Below, piece by piece: positions 10,670 through 19,423 of a stretch of 64,000 bases of DNA. The notes beneath the pieces were generated by a model. That model saw nothing but the letters and a program-made list of their open reading frames with translations. It searched no databases and was not told the origin of the DNA. Positions within the stretch are counted from its first letter, which is position 1, and each line of letters starts with the position of its first letter. The DNA is from an uncultured Haliangium sp. (GTDB taxonomy: Bacteria > Myxococcota_A > Polyangia > HGW-17), in NCBI GenBank assembly GCA_964601905.1, contig CAZRPN010000008.1:87-64086 (forward strand). The letters are read 5' to 3'. Both the position numbers and the translations under genes were made by a program.

Positions 10670-13453
10670 TCAATTCTCTGCGACCGGCGGAAAAGTCGGG
10701 TCGGGGATCACGTTGCCCACGTCATCAACGAGGCCAGCGGCGACAAGATCGAGGATATAGGCGGGTTCCCGCACGCGCACGGAGTCGTACTTGCGGAAGA
10801 TGAGTTTCCAGTTTTCGGACAGCGCGATGGGACGGTAGAAATCGAAGGGGAGCGGGATCGGTCGACGGACGTCGGTCTCCATGTTGTGGATCACCATGTA
10901 CGCCCGTTTCCGGGAATAGTCGTATTCGTCAACATAGTTGCCCGTGCAGGCAACCCCGTAGTCCAGATAGACCACCAGCGGCCATTGGATGTGGAAAAGC
11001 ACTTGCTGCCACACGGGTTCGTTGACGATCGGTTTCCATTCCTGGGTATCGACGTCCAGCAACCACATATCGAGGTTCCACTCGGTGTAATCGGTAGCGC
11101 AGGGTGCGCTCAGCAGGGTCGCGATGACCTTGTGCTTCTCAACGGACAGGAGATAGGGAAAGCCCATCTCCAACTCTGTGACCTCTGGATAGGTCGTGAC
11201 CAACTCTGTCGATCGATCCAGGATCTTCATGAGGGTGGCCGAGTGATCGCTGTTGTACTGGCCCCAGACAACAAGATCGTCATCAGCCCAAAACACGGCA
11301 GGTCGATCGGCGCCGGCGACCAGTCGCTCGGTTTGTCGGGTTGTCAGATCGTAGAGCATCAGTTCTGGCAAGGAGGTCTCTGTCGGATTGTTCTGCTGGA
11401 AGATCACGTACCCATTCCCGCTGATGTTGTTCCCACAGCGATCAGGAAAGATCGTTTCCCATGCCTTGGTCTGGAAATGGTAGAGGGCTAGACCACAGGT
11501 GGAATTACTCCGGATACAAATGCGAGAACTGAACGTGGAATAGTTCATATAAGAATCTGCGTAGACGGTTCCAGCAACCGCATCTTGAATATCGGTGATT
11601 TTCGTTGCATCGAGGGTGTCAATATTGACGAGGTAGGTCTGATAATACCTGTACTGATCCACTTGTTCCTCACAATCCACGGGGAACAAGTTGTCCTTTC
11701 CAACACGGGAAAAAGAAGGATACTGGGGCAGCAACTCGCAGACTGAGTCATCCAGAGGCACCAGTTGGTCGTTCGCGATCACTTGGGCGGGTACCCACGG
11801 GACGCAGGTCTGCCGGCCGCTACAGTCCACGACTTCTGCATCAATATCTGCGTCGTCGAGCACATCGGTGACGTCCGCATCCGGTCCACCGTCATGCGGA
11901 ATTTTTTTATGCGAGTCGTCACAAGCTGCCATGGTGAACAACACGAGGACGACCAGCCACAAGGGCCGGAGATTCCGTTTCCTCCGCACAAGAAAAAACA
12001 ACCCCAAGATCGCCAGGAAAAACGCAAGGGAACCGGATGGCTGCCTGGTACCGACGGTACAGCCACAGCCATCCTTCTCCGGAGAAACGGGGTCGGGAAC
12101 CTTTGGATTCAGGCCGGTCTCCGGATACAGCGGGTTTTCAGGAGTCAGAACAAGCGCATGGGGCCGCGAGGAGTGTTTCAATTTGCCATCGAAGGTGGTT
12201 TCCATGAAATCCCAGGTCCAGTTCTGCCCATCCCCATCGGGCGAAGCGGCCCACAACCTGCCTCCGAGCACATCGAAACCGATCAGGCCGTTTTCCGCGG
12301 AGATACCTTCGGGCAGTGGAGTCGAATGAACGCGGCCAGAATGCAGGTTCACTTGATAGAGAAGACCTCCCTCCGAATTGATGACAATGATCTGACCACC
12401 GGACTCACCTTCTAGCACGTGTGGTTGGCTTCCGGCCAGAACGGGCTGGTCCAGAACCACCGGGTACGAACCACCCTCAGCGTCGGTCAGGGTGACCTTC
12501 TGCATCTCCCCTTCCCAGAACGAGATTTGATCTGTGGTGGAATCGAGATAAGGGACCGCCGTTTGTGAACTCTCCAACAAGGTGCGGACCGAGGCCGTCC
12601 GTTGTTCCAGGTTCAATTGCAGCACCAGCCACTGACCTTCAGATAAGCCGACCACCTGTGGGTTGCCGTCGACCACGAAGAGGAAGGCACGGCTCAGCAC
12701 AGGCAGTTGCGCGTCCGCTCCTGCCCAGGATGACCAGAAGGTCCCGCGAAATCCTTGAGCGGTGGAGAAGATGAGAAGGGGTTCCGGCCAGTCGTCCGAG
12801 ACCAAGACCAGCGACGGCGGCTGCAGGTCCAGCGATTTCTGTGCACAACAGGTCTTGTTCAGTCCGATCCCCCGTGCCGACTTCAAGGACGAGCTTGTCA
12901 CCTGGGAAGCGTCCACATAAAGACCTTGTGGAAACTCAGGAGTGAAACCGGGGCCGGTCACCTCGGACAACGCCGCCACAGCTGCGGTTCCTTCGGGGAC
13001 GGAATGCACCATCCACGCTTTGGTGTTGCCCAGGGGATGCCCGGCGATGACGTGTTCGACCTGCATCGAGTTGATGAAGTCGTCCTCGACCTCGCTGTAC
13101 TCCCCGAGGTCGAAAAAGAAATCGGACTTCTGCGTCTTGCGGCAGCGCTCAGTCATGGAGGTTTTCATAGGACTGAGTTGGTTGGAAACCGTGTACTCGT
13201 TTTCCGCCAGCGTCAAATCCCATCGACCGGAAAAGGAAGAGGAAGCTGGCGGGTAGGAAACCCGGGCACGGACGTTCTTTCCAGCCAATTGGGGAAATAG
13301 TTCCAGTCGGTTTTCGATGGATTTCCTCACGGGTTGCGGGGGGACTTCGATCGGCTTGTGACGGAAGTTCAACCCCTGGTTGAGCACCTGACCGAAGGAT
13401 TGTTCGGCCACAATGGGACATGTACAGAGATTCCAGATTATCCAGTTTTCCAT
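10670..13453 (-). CDS. composite 927-codon ORF: N-terminal beta-rich domain ending in a MYXO-CTERM-like tag, fused in frame to a lipoprotein-type signal peptide and a ~420-aa beta-propeller-like domain
   Basis: No stop codon between the two halves. GC3 supports this frame from 13453 downwards. An internal GTG at 11989 would give a stand-alone lipoprotein 10670..11989 (VRRKRNLRPLWLVVLVLFTMAAC). Visibly lower G+C than its surroundings. Confidence 0.6.
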   Translation of the reverse strand: MENWIIWNLCTCPIVAEQSFGQVLNQGLNFRHKPIEVPPQPVRKSIENRLELFPQLAGKNVRARVSYPPASSSFSGRWDLTLAENEYTVSNQLSPMKTSMTERCRKTQKSDFFFDLGEYSEVEDDFINSMQVEHVIAGHPLGNTKAWMVHSVPEGTAAVAALSEVTGPGFTPEFPQGLYVDASQVTSSSLKSARGIGLNKTCCAQKSLDLQPPSLVLVSDDWPEPLLIFSTAQGFRGTFWSSWAGADAQLPVLSRAFLFVVDGNPQVVGLSEGQWLVLQLNLEQRTASVRTLLESSQTAVPYLDSTTDQISFWEGEMQKVTLTDAEGGSYPVVLDQPVLAGSQPHVLEGESGGQIIVINSEGGLLYQVNLHSGRVHSTPLPEGISAENGLIGFDVLGGRLWAASPDGDGQNWTWDFMETTFDGKLKHSSRPHALVLTPENPLYPETGLNPKVPDPVSPEKDGCGCTVGTRQPSGSLAFFLAILGLFFLVRRKRNLRPLWLVVLVLFTMAACDDSHKKIPHDGGPDADVTDVLDDADIDAEVVDCSGRQTCVPWVPAQVIANDQLVPLDDSVCELLPQYPSFSRVGKDNLFPVDCEEQVDQYRYYQTYLVNIDTLDATKITDIQDAVAGTVYADSYMNYSTFSSRICIRSNSTCGLALYHFQTKAWETIFPDRCGNNISGNGYVIFQQNNPTETSLPELMLYDLTTRQTERLVAGADRPAVFWADDDLVVWGQYNSDHSATLMKILDRSTELVTTYPEVTELEMGFPYLLSVEKHKVIATLLSAPCATDYTEWNLDMWLLDVDTQEWKPIVNEPVWQQVLFHIQWPLVVYLDYGVACTGNYVDEYDYSRKRAYMVIHNMETDVRRPIPLPFDFYRPIALSENWKLIFRKYDSVRVREPAYILDLVAAGLVDDVGNVIPDPTFPPVAEN
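11972..12073 (-). other. MYXO-CTERM-like Cys-containing sorting tag embedded mid-ORF (DGCGCTVGTRQPSGSLAFFLAILGLFFLVRRKRN)
   Basis: GCGC motif, short polar linker, about 14-residue hydrophobic helix and RRKR cluster match the described MYXO-CTERM architecture (established knowledge). Position in the ORF read directly. Confidence 0.55.
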
Positions 13454-14024
13454 GGAGATAGCCCGTCACGCGTACCAATTTCCACCAGCGCATTTCACCG
13501 GTTTGAGGATCCCGGCGGCCTTCCAGGTGAAGCGCGATGGCCTCGGAATCCCCACCATGCTCTGCAAAGGCATAACTGCAGGAGCTTGTGTCCGCTTCGA
13601 ACAGGTAAATAATTTTAATGATAAGGGAGACGGTCTCTCCGAGAAAGAGGGTCGGTCTCTGTCCAGGGGTCGCCTGATAAACCATCACCATTTGGTCCCG
13701 ATGAATCTCGTCGTTGTCAAAGACTAGATAAGGTAAAAACGCCCACAACAATTCCAGTTCGGCCAAATCCCAGAAGCCGTCGCCATCGGCATCCCCAACG
13801 GCAGGTTGACGGCACAATTGGCTGCCCCATTCCCGAAAGGGTTCATAGGGCAACCAGTACTCGTTGGTGCAGAAGAGGGGATTCCCCGTGGCGAAAAGGG
13901 AGACCTCCGGTGGTTGCTCAAGTTTTTCAAAGCGACCCAACTCGGGCAGAACAGGCTTGGGCATGAGCATCAACCCGAACAACAAGGAAACCCATTTGTT
14001 TTTATGTGAAGAGACAACGACCAT
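13149..14024 (-). CDS. secreted hypothetical protein, N-terminal part; coding signal in this frame ends near 13450 (probable frameshift into the 10670..13453 ORF)
   Basis: ATG at 14024 with a GGAGG RBS 7 nt upstream. Signal-peptide-like MVVVSSHKNKWVSLLFGLMLMPKPV. DADGDG Ca-binding-like motif. After ~13450 this frame becomes GC3-poor and R/P/S-rich, while the +1 frame becomes GC3-rich. Confidence 0.55.
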   Translation of the reverse strand: MVVVSSHKNKWVSLLFGLMLMPKPVLPELGRFEKLEQPPEVSLFATGNPLFCTNEYWLPYEPFREWGSQLCRQPAVGDADGDGFWDLAELELLWAFLPYLVFDNDEIHRDQMVMVYQATPGQRPTLFLGETVSLIIKIIYLFEADTSSCSYAFAEHGGDSEAIALHLEGRRDPQTGEMRWWKLVRVTGYLHGKLDNLESLYMSHCGRTILRSGAQPGVELPSQADRSPPATREEIHRKPTGTISPIGWKERPCPGFLPASFLFLFRSMGFDAGGKRVHGFQPTQSYENLHD

Positions 14025-14049
14025 GGCAAGCCTCCATCGGATGGTTCTA

Positions 14050-14077
14050 AATGTACCACGCCAATGATCCAAGTCAA
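14050..14077 (-). promoter_or_regulatory. sigma-70-like promoter for the low-GC locus (TTGACT-16 nt-TACATT)
   Basis: Minus-strand TTGACT (14077-14072) and TACATT (14055-14050). Followed by the GGAGG RBS and the ATG at 14024. Confidence 0.4.
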
Positions 14078-14396
14078 CCGGGATTTAAATCTATAACAAC
14101 ACTGCCCTTCCCGCGCGCACCTCCCCCGACCGCCCCGGCCGTGTAACTTTCACGCGAACCGGTCGCTCGTGGTGGAAGAACAACTTCCGCTCGTCGAGAA
14201 TCCCCCTGCGATTTTCCTGGGTCAACCTGGGTCAACGGTTGTCCCACTTTGACCCAAATGACCGCCTTTCATGAGGAACGGGAGAGAAACAGAATGACGA
14301 ACCGAAGTACAGAAAGCGCTTGAGATGATTGGCCTTTTCCGAAATTCCATTCTGGTTCAAGGGGGTTTTACAAGCGCCTGTCTTCGGGCCTCTGGA

Positions 14397-15974
14397 TCAA
14401 TAGGAAATCATCTGGCTGCTTCGGCCGGAGATGAAGTAGTGGTTGAGCAGCTGGCGCTTTTCGACTTCCTCCTGCATCTGGCGCCAGATCGGGGGATGAT
14501 CGGCCAGGATCTGGAAGAAGATCTTGGCCGGGATCTGGACGATCTCGACGAAGGTGCGGGAGCGCACCGTGGCCATGGCGGGCTTGCGCTTGAGCAGCGC
14601 CATCTCGCCGAAGTATTCACCTTCGCCGAGCACGCTGAGCACCTTCTCGGCCCCGGGTTCCTTCGCGGTCCCGGGTTCCTTCTCCGCGGTGACACCCTCG
14701 CCCTCGACGACGACCTCGACCTCGCCGAGCAGGATCAGGAAGAAGCCGCCTCCCTTGGAGCCCTGCTTGATGATCGGGGTGCCGGCGCCGAAGCGGTGGA
14801 AGTGGATGTCGGTGAGGTACTGCGCCCGCTTCTCCTCGGAGATCAGGTTGAAGAACGAGAGGTTCTTGACCATCAGATCCTGCAGGCGCGTGCGGTAGAA
14901 CTTCTTGATGACCTCCAGGATCGAGGGGTGCTTCTTGCTGATCTCGGCGACGGTCTTCTTGGAGATCTCGAGGACGGTCGTGCGGGTCACCGTGGTGATG
15001 GAGGCGTGCCGCTTCTGATCGGTCAGCAGGGCGAACTCCCCGAAGAACTCGCCGGCGTTGAGCAGGTTGATCTCCTTCTCCTCGCCGGAGGCCTGCAGCT
15101 TGGAGACGCGGACCTCGCCGTCGATGATCAGGAACAGCGAGCTGCCGGCGTCGCCCTCGTGGAAGAGCACGGTGCCCGCCTCGTAGGTGGCCGTGCTGAC
15201 CTGGCCGCGCAGGGCCTCGCGGGTCCCGGCGTCGAGCTCGCGCAAAAGCGGCGCCAGCGTCCAGAAGTCCTCGTCGGGTTCGGCCCCGGCATCGGTCTCC
15301 AGGCGGTCCGGCGTCTTTTCGCTGGTGGAGTCTTCCTCCCAGGCGGCCGAGAACATGTCCTCGTCCTGACCCTTGAACACGTCGATGGTCTCGTTGCGGT
15401 TGGCGCGGATCTCGTTGGCGATGGAATTGAGCCGCTCGTCCCGGGAGGGGAAGCGGTGGGTGATGGTCTCCGACAGCGTCGCGGCGATGCGCGGAACGCC
15501 CGCCGGCGGACTCGGGATGCGGCGTGCACCGGGATCGCTCTCGTCCTGCCAGGTGTCCATCTTGATCTGGTTGTAGTCCGCGATGGGCGTCGGATCCTCG
15601 GGCTCGGACCAGTGGTTCATCATCTGGCCGACGTCCTCCTCGCCGGAGGGTTCACCCGGCGGCGGGGGCGGCGGTTCGGGGGCGCCGAAGCTCTTGCCGG
15701 TGATCGTGGCGAACAGTTCCTGGAATTCCTGGATCTTCGGGTAGAACTCCAGCACGCTGCGGCACACGGCCTCGGCCTGGCCTCGTTTTCCCTGATCCAG
15801 GTAGGCCTGGGTGACGATGCGGTACTGGGCCTTGGCTTCGTCGTCGCGGTCCAGCTTGCGGTACAGGCCGGCCAGGCGCAGTCGCAGGTCCGGCCGGTCC
15901 TCGCTCTGGAGCGTCTGCTCCAGTTGCTTGGCTTCCTTGCGTATTTTCCGTTTGGTGAAGAAATCCAGCGCCAT
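14397..15974 (-). CDS. protein with N-terminal TPR-like region, acidic/Pro-rich linker and two cyclic-nucleotide-binding domains
   Basis: Two cNMP cassettes: FHEGDAGSSLFLIIDGEV...GEFFGEFALL...RHASITT and IKQGSKGGGFFLILLGEV...GEYFGEMALL...AMATVRS. Confidence 0.88.
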   Translation of the reverse strand: MALDFFTKRKIRKEAKQLEQTLQSEDRPDLRLRLAGLYRKLDRDDEAKAQYRIVTQAYLDQGKRGQAEAVCRSVLEFYPKIQEFQELFATITGKSFGAPEPPPPPPGEPSGEEDVGQMMNHWSEPEDPTPIADYNQIKMDTWQDESDPGARRIPSPPAGVPRIAATLSETITHRFPSRDERLNSIANEIRANRNETIDVFKGQDEDMFSAAWEEDSTSEKTPDRLETDAGAEPDEDFWTLAPLLRELDAGTREALRGQVSTATYEAGTVLFHEGDAGSSLFLIIDGEVRVSKLQASGEEKEINLLNAGEFFGEFALLTDQKRHASITTVTRTTVLEISKKTVAEISKKHPSILEVIKKFYRTRLQDLMVKNLSFFNLISEEKRAQYLTDIHFHRFGAGTPIIKQGSKGGGFFLILLGEVEVVVEGEGVTAEKEPGTAKEPGAEKVLSVLGEGEYFGEMALLKRKPAMATVRSRTFVEIVQIPAKIFFQILADHPPIWRQMQEEVEKRQLLNHYFISGRSSQMISY

Positions 15975-15988
15975 GAGGGCTCCAGGGT

Positions 15989-17845
15989 CTACGGTTTCGC
16001 GGGTTGCGGGGTCTTCCGGCTATCGGCGAACATCCGCAGGATGTACTCCCGCAGCCTCGGCAGCGTCCGCTCGTCCTCGGTCAGGAACACCAGCACCTGC
16101 CGCTCGGCGGGGCCGCCCAGCTTGAAGAGGGCCTCGGCCATCTTCTGCAGCGCATGGATGTCCTGGGCGAAGGCCGGGTCGGCGCGGTAGGCCAGCAGGA
16201 ACTCGCGGAACGGGCGGATGATGCCCTTGTCGCCGATGACCAGCAGGGCCTCGGTCAGGGCCAGCAGTTCCTTGTTGGAGGTGCCGGGGTGGGCCAGCAA
16301 CTGGAGCATCGTGGGCACGGCCTCCTTCGTCTTCAGGGAGCCCAGCACCGTCGCCATGACCTCCACGGCCTGGGGACGGGTGCCCTTGATGAAGTCGAAC
16401 GGCTGCTGCAGCAGGCTCAGGTACAGCGGCACCCCGTTGGGATCGGGCCGGGCGATCAGATCGCGGGCGGCCTTCTCGCGCAGCTCCGGGGAGCTCTCGG
16501 GGTTGGTGAGCATCTTGATCAGACGACCCACGCCGGCGCCGCCGACGACGGCCAGCGCGTCGATGGCCAGGCGCTTGGCCAGCGGGTAGCGGGCGTCGGG
16601 ATCGTTGGCGATGGCGGTGAGCGCGTCGAGCAGCGGGGCCGGCGCCTCGACCTCGGCCGCGGACGGGGGCACCATGCCGGCGACGTCGAAGGTCACGCCG
16701 CGCATGCGGATGCCCAGCGGTTCGGTGCGCCACACGCGCTCGCCGGTGGCGATGCGCAGGCACTCGATGGAACCGTCGGCCTTGGCGTAGAAGACGTGGT
16801 CCTTCTGGGCGACGGAGCCGATCAGTTCGTCGGTGTACGGGTGCATGACCGCCCACTGCAGGGTGGCCTGGGACTTCTCGTTGACGGAGAAGCCGAGGAA
16901 ATACTTGAACATATGGATCACGAAGCGGTTCTCGTACAGGGCGGCGCCGGCCTTGCCGCGGATCCAGGAGGCCAGCAGGGCGCGGACGTCGTAGGCGGAG
17001 TAGTCCGTGGTGACCGGATCGTAGCGGTCCACCGCGTAGCGGAACTCGACGTTGTGAATGTCGGTGGTCATGGTCGTGGGCGCCGAGGCGACCTCTTCGA
17101 CGATGCTGTTGGAGAGACGGTACATGCCGCGCTTGTCGCCGAAGAAGATGCCGTCGGAGGAGGCGGTCATGAAGCGGACCTCACCCTTGGGGATCAGGAT
17201 CCGGGCCAGCTCGCGGGGCCGGCTTGCGTCGAGCAGCACCAGGTGCTGGTTGCGGTAGGGGACCACGACGACCGTGTTGGTCATCAGGGGGAGCCCCATC
17301 CGGCCGTTGGCCTCCAGGGACCAGATCTCCTTGCCGCCCTCGCTCAGGACGGTGATGATGGAGACCTGGTTCAGCGGGTCGCCGGCGGGCTTGAAGTTGG
17401 TGACGTAGGCGATCTTGCCGTTGGGGGCGCCGGACAGGCCCATGAAGGTGTGCTGGGCGCGCATGGGCACGGTCCAGACGGACTTGCCGGTGCGGACGTC
17501 GAGGGCGGTGATGCCGGTGGTCCGGTCGAGGTAGACCACGTGAGAACCGGCGATGACGTAGCGGGAGACCGCGTCGGGCGTGGGGGTCTTCCACAGGACC
17601 TTGCCGGAGGTGACGGCCACGGCGATGGCCGTGCGCGGGTTGAGGCCCTGGAAGACCGCCAGCGGCTCACCGGTGGCGTTGACGGGGCCGGCCGGGGGCA
17701 GGGTGATCTGATCGATGGCCTTGGAGATCTTCCCGTTGTCGTTGGGCATGGTGTTCTGATGGAACGGCGGCAACGGCTTGCACGAGGACAGGAAGAGCAC
17801 GAACAGGAAAAGGCTGCGGGCGAAAGTTTTCATGGGGCGCCTCAT
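15989..17845 (-). CDS. lipoprotein with PQQ/BamB-like beta-propeller and C-terminal HEAT-like repeats
   Basis: Start ATG at 17845 overlaps the upstream stop (ATGA). Signal and lipobox MRRPMKTFARSLFLFVLFLSSC. Repeated G-x-V-W propeller-like strands (GKVLWKT, GKSVWTV, GERVWRT). HEAT-like C-terminus. The ORF-track extension to 18304 is a shadow of the upstream gene. Confidence 0.8.
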   Translation of the reverse strand: MRRPMKTFARSLFLFVLFLSSCKPLPPFHQNTMPNDNGKISKAIDQITLPPAGPVNATGEPLAVFQGLNPRTAIAVAVTSGKVLWKTPTPDAVSRYVIAGSHVVYLDRTTGITALDVRTGKSVWTVPMRAQHTFMGLSGAPNGKIAYVTNFKPAGDPLNQVSIITVLSEGGKEIWSLEANGRMGLPLMTNTVVVVPYRNQHLVLLDASRPRELARILIPKGEVRFMTASSDGIFFGDKRGMYRLSNSIVEEVASAPTTMTTDIHNVEFRYAVDRYDPVTTDYSAYDVRALLASWIRGKAGAALYENRFVIHMFKYFLGFSVNEKSQATLQWAVMHPYTDELIGSVAQKDHVFYAKADGSIECLRIATGERVWRTEPLGIRMRGVTFDVAGMVPPSAAEVEAPAPLLDALTAIANDPDARYPLAKRLAIDALAVVGGAGVGRLIKMLTNPESSPELREKAARDLIARPDPNGVPLYLSLLQQPFDFIKGTRPQAVEVMATVLGSLKTKEAVPTMLQLLAHPGTSNKELLALTEALLVIGDKGIIRPFREFLLAYRADPAFAQDIHALQKMAEALFKLGGPAERQVLVFLTEDERTLPRLREYILRMFADSRKTPQPAKP

Positions 17846-18666
17846 TTGGAGAGAATCTGGAAAGCGAGTTTGCGGGACCGCGGGAACGCGTCGGGGCCGC
17901 TGCCGTGATACACCATCAGCACGTTCTGGGCTCCCGGGAGATTGGTGTCCCCCAGGATCTGCACCAGCTGGACGCGGACGGGCTCGGGACCGAAGTCGTC
18001 GCGGGACAGCAGGGTGCCGATCGTGGTGATCAGGGGTTCCTTCGAGGTCTTGGTGTTCTCCATGGCCATGGCCAGGGCGCGGGCCGTGCGGATGCCGCCG
18101 AGGAAGCCCAGCGCCTGCATGGCGGCCGTCGAGCCGCGGGCGAACAGTTTCAGCAGCGGCTCCTCGGCCTCGGCGACGCGGAGCTTGCCCAGCAGCCACG
18201 CGGCCTTGTTGCGCACGGACTCTTCGTAGTCCCGCAGCGCCTTGAGCAGCAGCTCGTTGATGACCTTGCCGGGGGCGGGGTCCTTGGTGAAGTCGAGCTC
18301 GCACAGCGCCACGAGCGCCTCGATGCGCAGGTCGGTGGAGCGGTGGCGCGTGTAGAACACCAGCGTCTCCATCGCCTTGGGATCCTTGCGGGCGCCAAGG
18401 GCCTGGATCATGGCCTTGCTCATGGCCGGGGGATAGCCCAGCAGCAGCTGCATCTGCAGCATGTCCAGCGATTCAGGCGTGGTGCGCTTGCCCAGCTCGG
18501 CGATGGCCGCCAGGGAGTCTGCGGCGTTTTCGCCCTGAATTACAAAGAGCAAATAATTCAGATCGGCCTGTTGCAGGTTCTTGAGGGGAGCCTTCTGGGC
18601 TGCTGCAGGCAGGGAAATCCCGAGTGCGAGCCCGGAGACAACCAGAAAAACGAGGAATTTTCGCAT
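17842..18666 (-). CDS. secreted HEAT-repeat protein
   Basis: Signal peptide MRKFLVFLVVSGLALGISLPAAAQ. HEAT/PBS-lyase-like repeats (IEALVALCEL, VRNKAAWLLGKL, TAAMQALGFLG). Confidence 0.8.
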   Translation of the reverse strand: MRKFLVFLVVSGLALGISLPAAAQKAPLKNLQQADLNYLLFVIQGENAADSLAAIAELGKRTTPESLDMLQMQLLLGYPPAMSKAMIQALGARKDPKAMETLVFYTRHRSTDLRIEALVALCELDFTKDPAPGKVINELLLKALRDYEESVRNKAAWLLGKLRVAEAEEPLLKLFARGSTAAMQALGFLGGIRTARALAMAMENTKTSKEPLITTIGTLLSRDDFGPEPVRVQLVQILGDTNLPGAQNVLMVYHGSGPDAFPRSRKLAFQILSK

Positions 18667-18941
18667 GTCATCACTCCTATGGCGTGGTTCCCATCAAGAA
18701 TTGAGCGCTTTTCGGGAACGCGCTACGCTATACCAAATTGCCCCGCGGAGTCAATCCATTACCATATGATTGCCCACAGGTTTTTCAAAAAGTGAAACGG
18801 TTTTTTCGGGTAATGGGAAAATAAACACGGATCTTCGCCGGCCCACCGAAATTTCGGTTGTGTCCGCGATGGTTCTTTGATACACATTGGCACCAGTTGT
18901 CGACGGGTTTGCTTAGTTTTTTTGCCCAAGGAGTAGATTCG

Positions 18942-19412
18942 ATGGAAGTATTATACGAGGAGGAATACCGAGCGATACAGGAAGTCGTTGAACGGTTGTG
19001 TCGCGATGCCAATTCCAAGGCGGTCCTCCTGATCGACAAGAATGGTCAGGAAATCGCCTCTTCGGGAGAAATCGAAAACATCGATACCACCTCGCTGTCC
19101 TCCCTCACGGCGGGCAACGTGGCGGCCACGGGCGGCATCGCCCGGCTTCTGGCGGAGAAGGAATTCACGGGGCAGTTCCACGAGGGCGAGCACACCAACG
19201 TGCACATCTCCATCGTGGCGCAGCGCGTGATCCTGCTGGTGCTCTTCGATCAGCGGACCTCGCTGGGGCTGGTCCGGCTGCGGGTGAAGAAGGCCTCCAA
19301 GGACATCCAGGACATCCTCGACGCGATGGCCAACAAGAGCGAGCAGGCGAAGCCCTCCATTTTCGAAGAAATCACGGATGAGGACATCGACAACCTTTTC
19401 AATGACGATTAG
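18942..19412 (+). CDS. mglB: Roadblock/LC7 family GTPase-activating protein MglB
   Basis: AAGGAG RBS at 18928-18933, ATG at 18942. Roadblock-like core [14 protein letters not shown]...[18 protein letters not shown]. Acidic C-terminal tail. Immediately upstream of mglA. Confidence 0.88.
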   Translation: MEVLYEEEYRAIQEVVERLCRDANSKAVLLIDKNGQEIASSGEIENIDTTSLSSLTAGNVAATGGIARLLAEKEFTGQFHEGEHTNVHISIVAQRVILLVLFDQRTSLGLVRLRVKKASKDIQDILDAMANKSEQAKPSIFEEITDEDIDNLFNDD

Positions 19413-19423
19413 GGGCCTGGTGC

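Noticed and set aside
10670-14077. Mobile-element genes (integrase, transposase, tRNA target, flanking direct repeats) at the borders of the low-GC regions
   Set aside because: None found in any frame. The islands are therefore reported only as compositional anomalies.
15989-18304. 771-aa version of the PQQ/HEAT lipoprotein ORF
   Set aside because: The N-terminal 150 aa are Arg/Pro-rich junk overlapping the real HEAT gene in another frame. An ATGA-coupled ATG at 17845 gives a proper lipoprotein signal.
18888-18902. Sigma-54-like TGGCACCAGTTGTCG upstream of mglB
   Set aside because: The -12 element is out of register: TC is at the position where GC is required. It does not fit TGGCAC-N5-TTGC.
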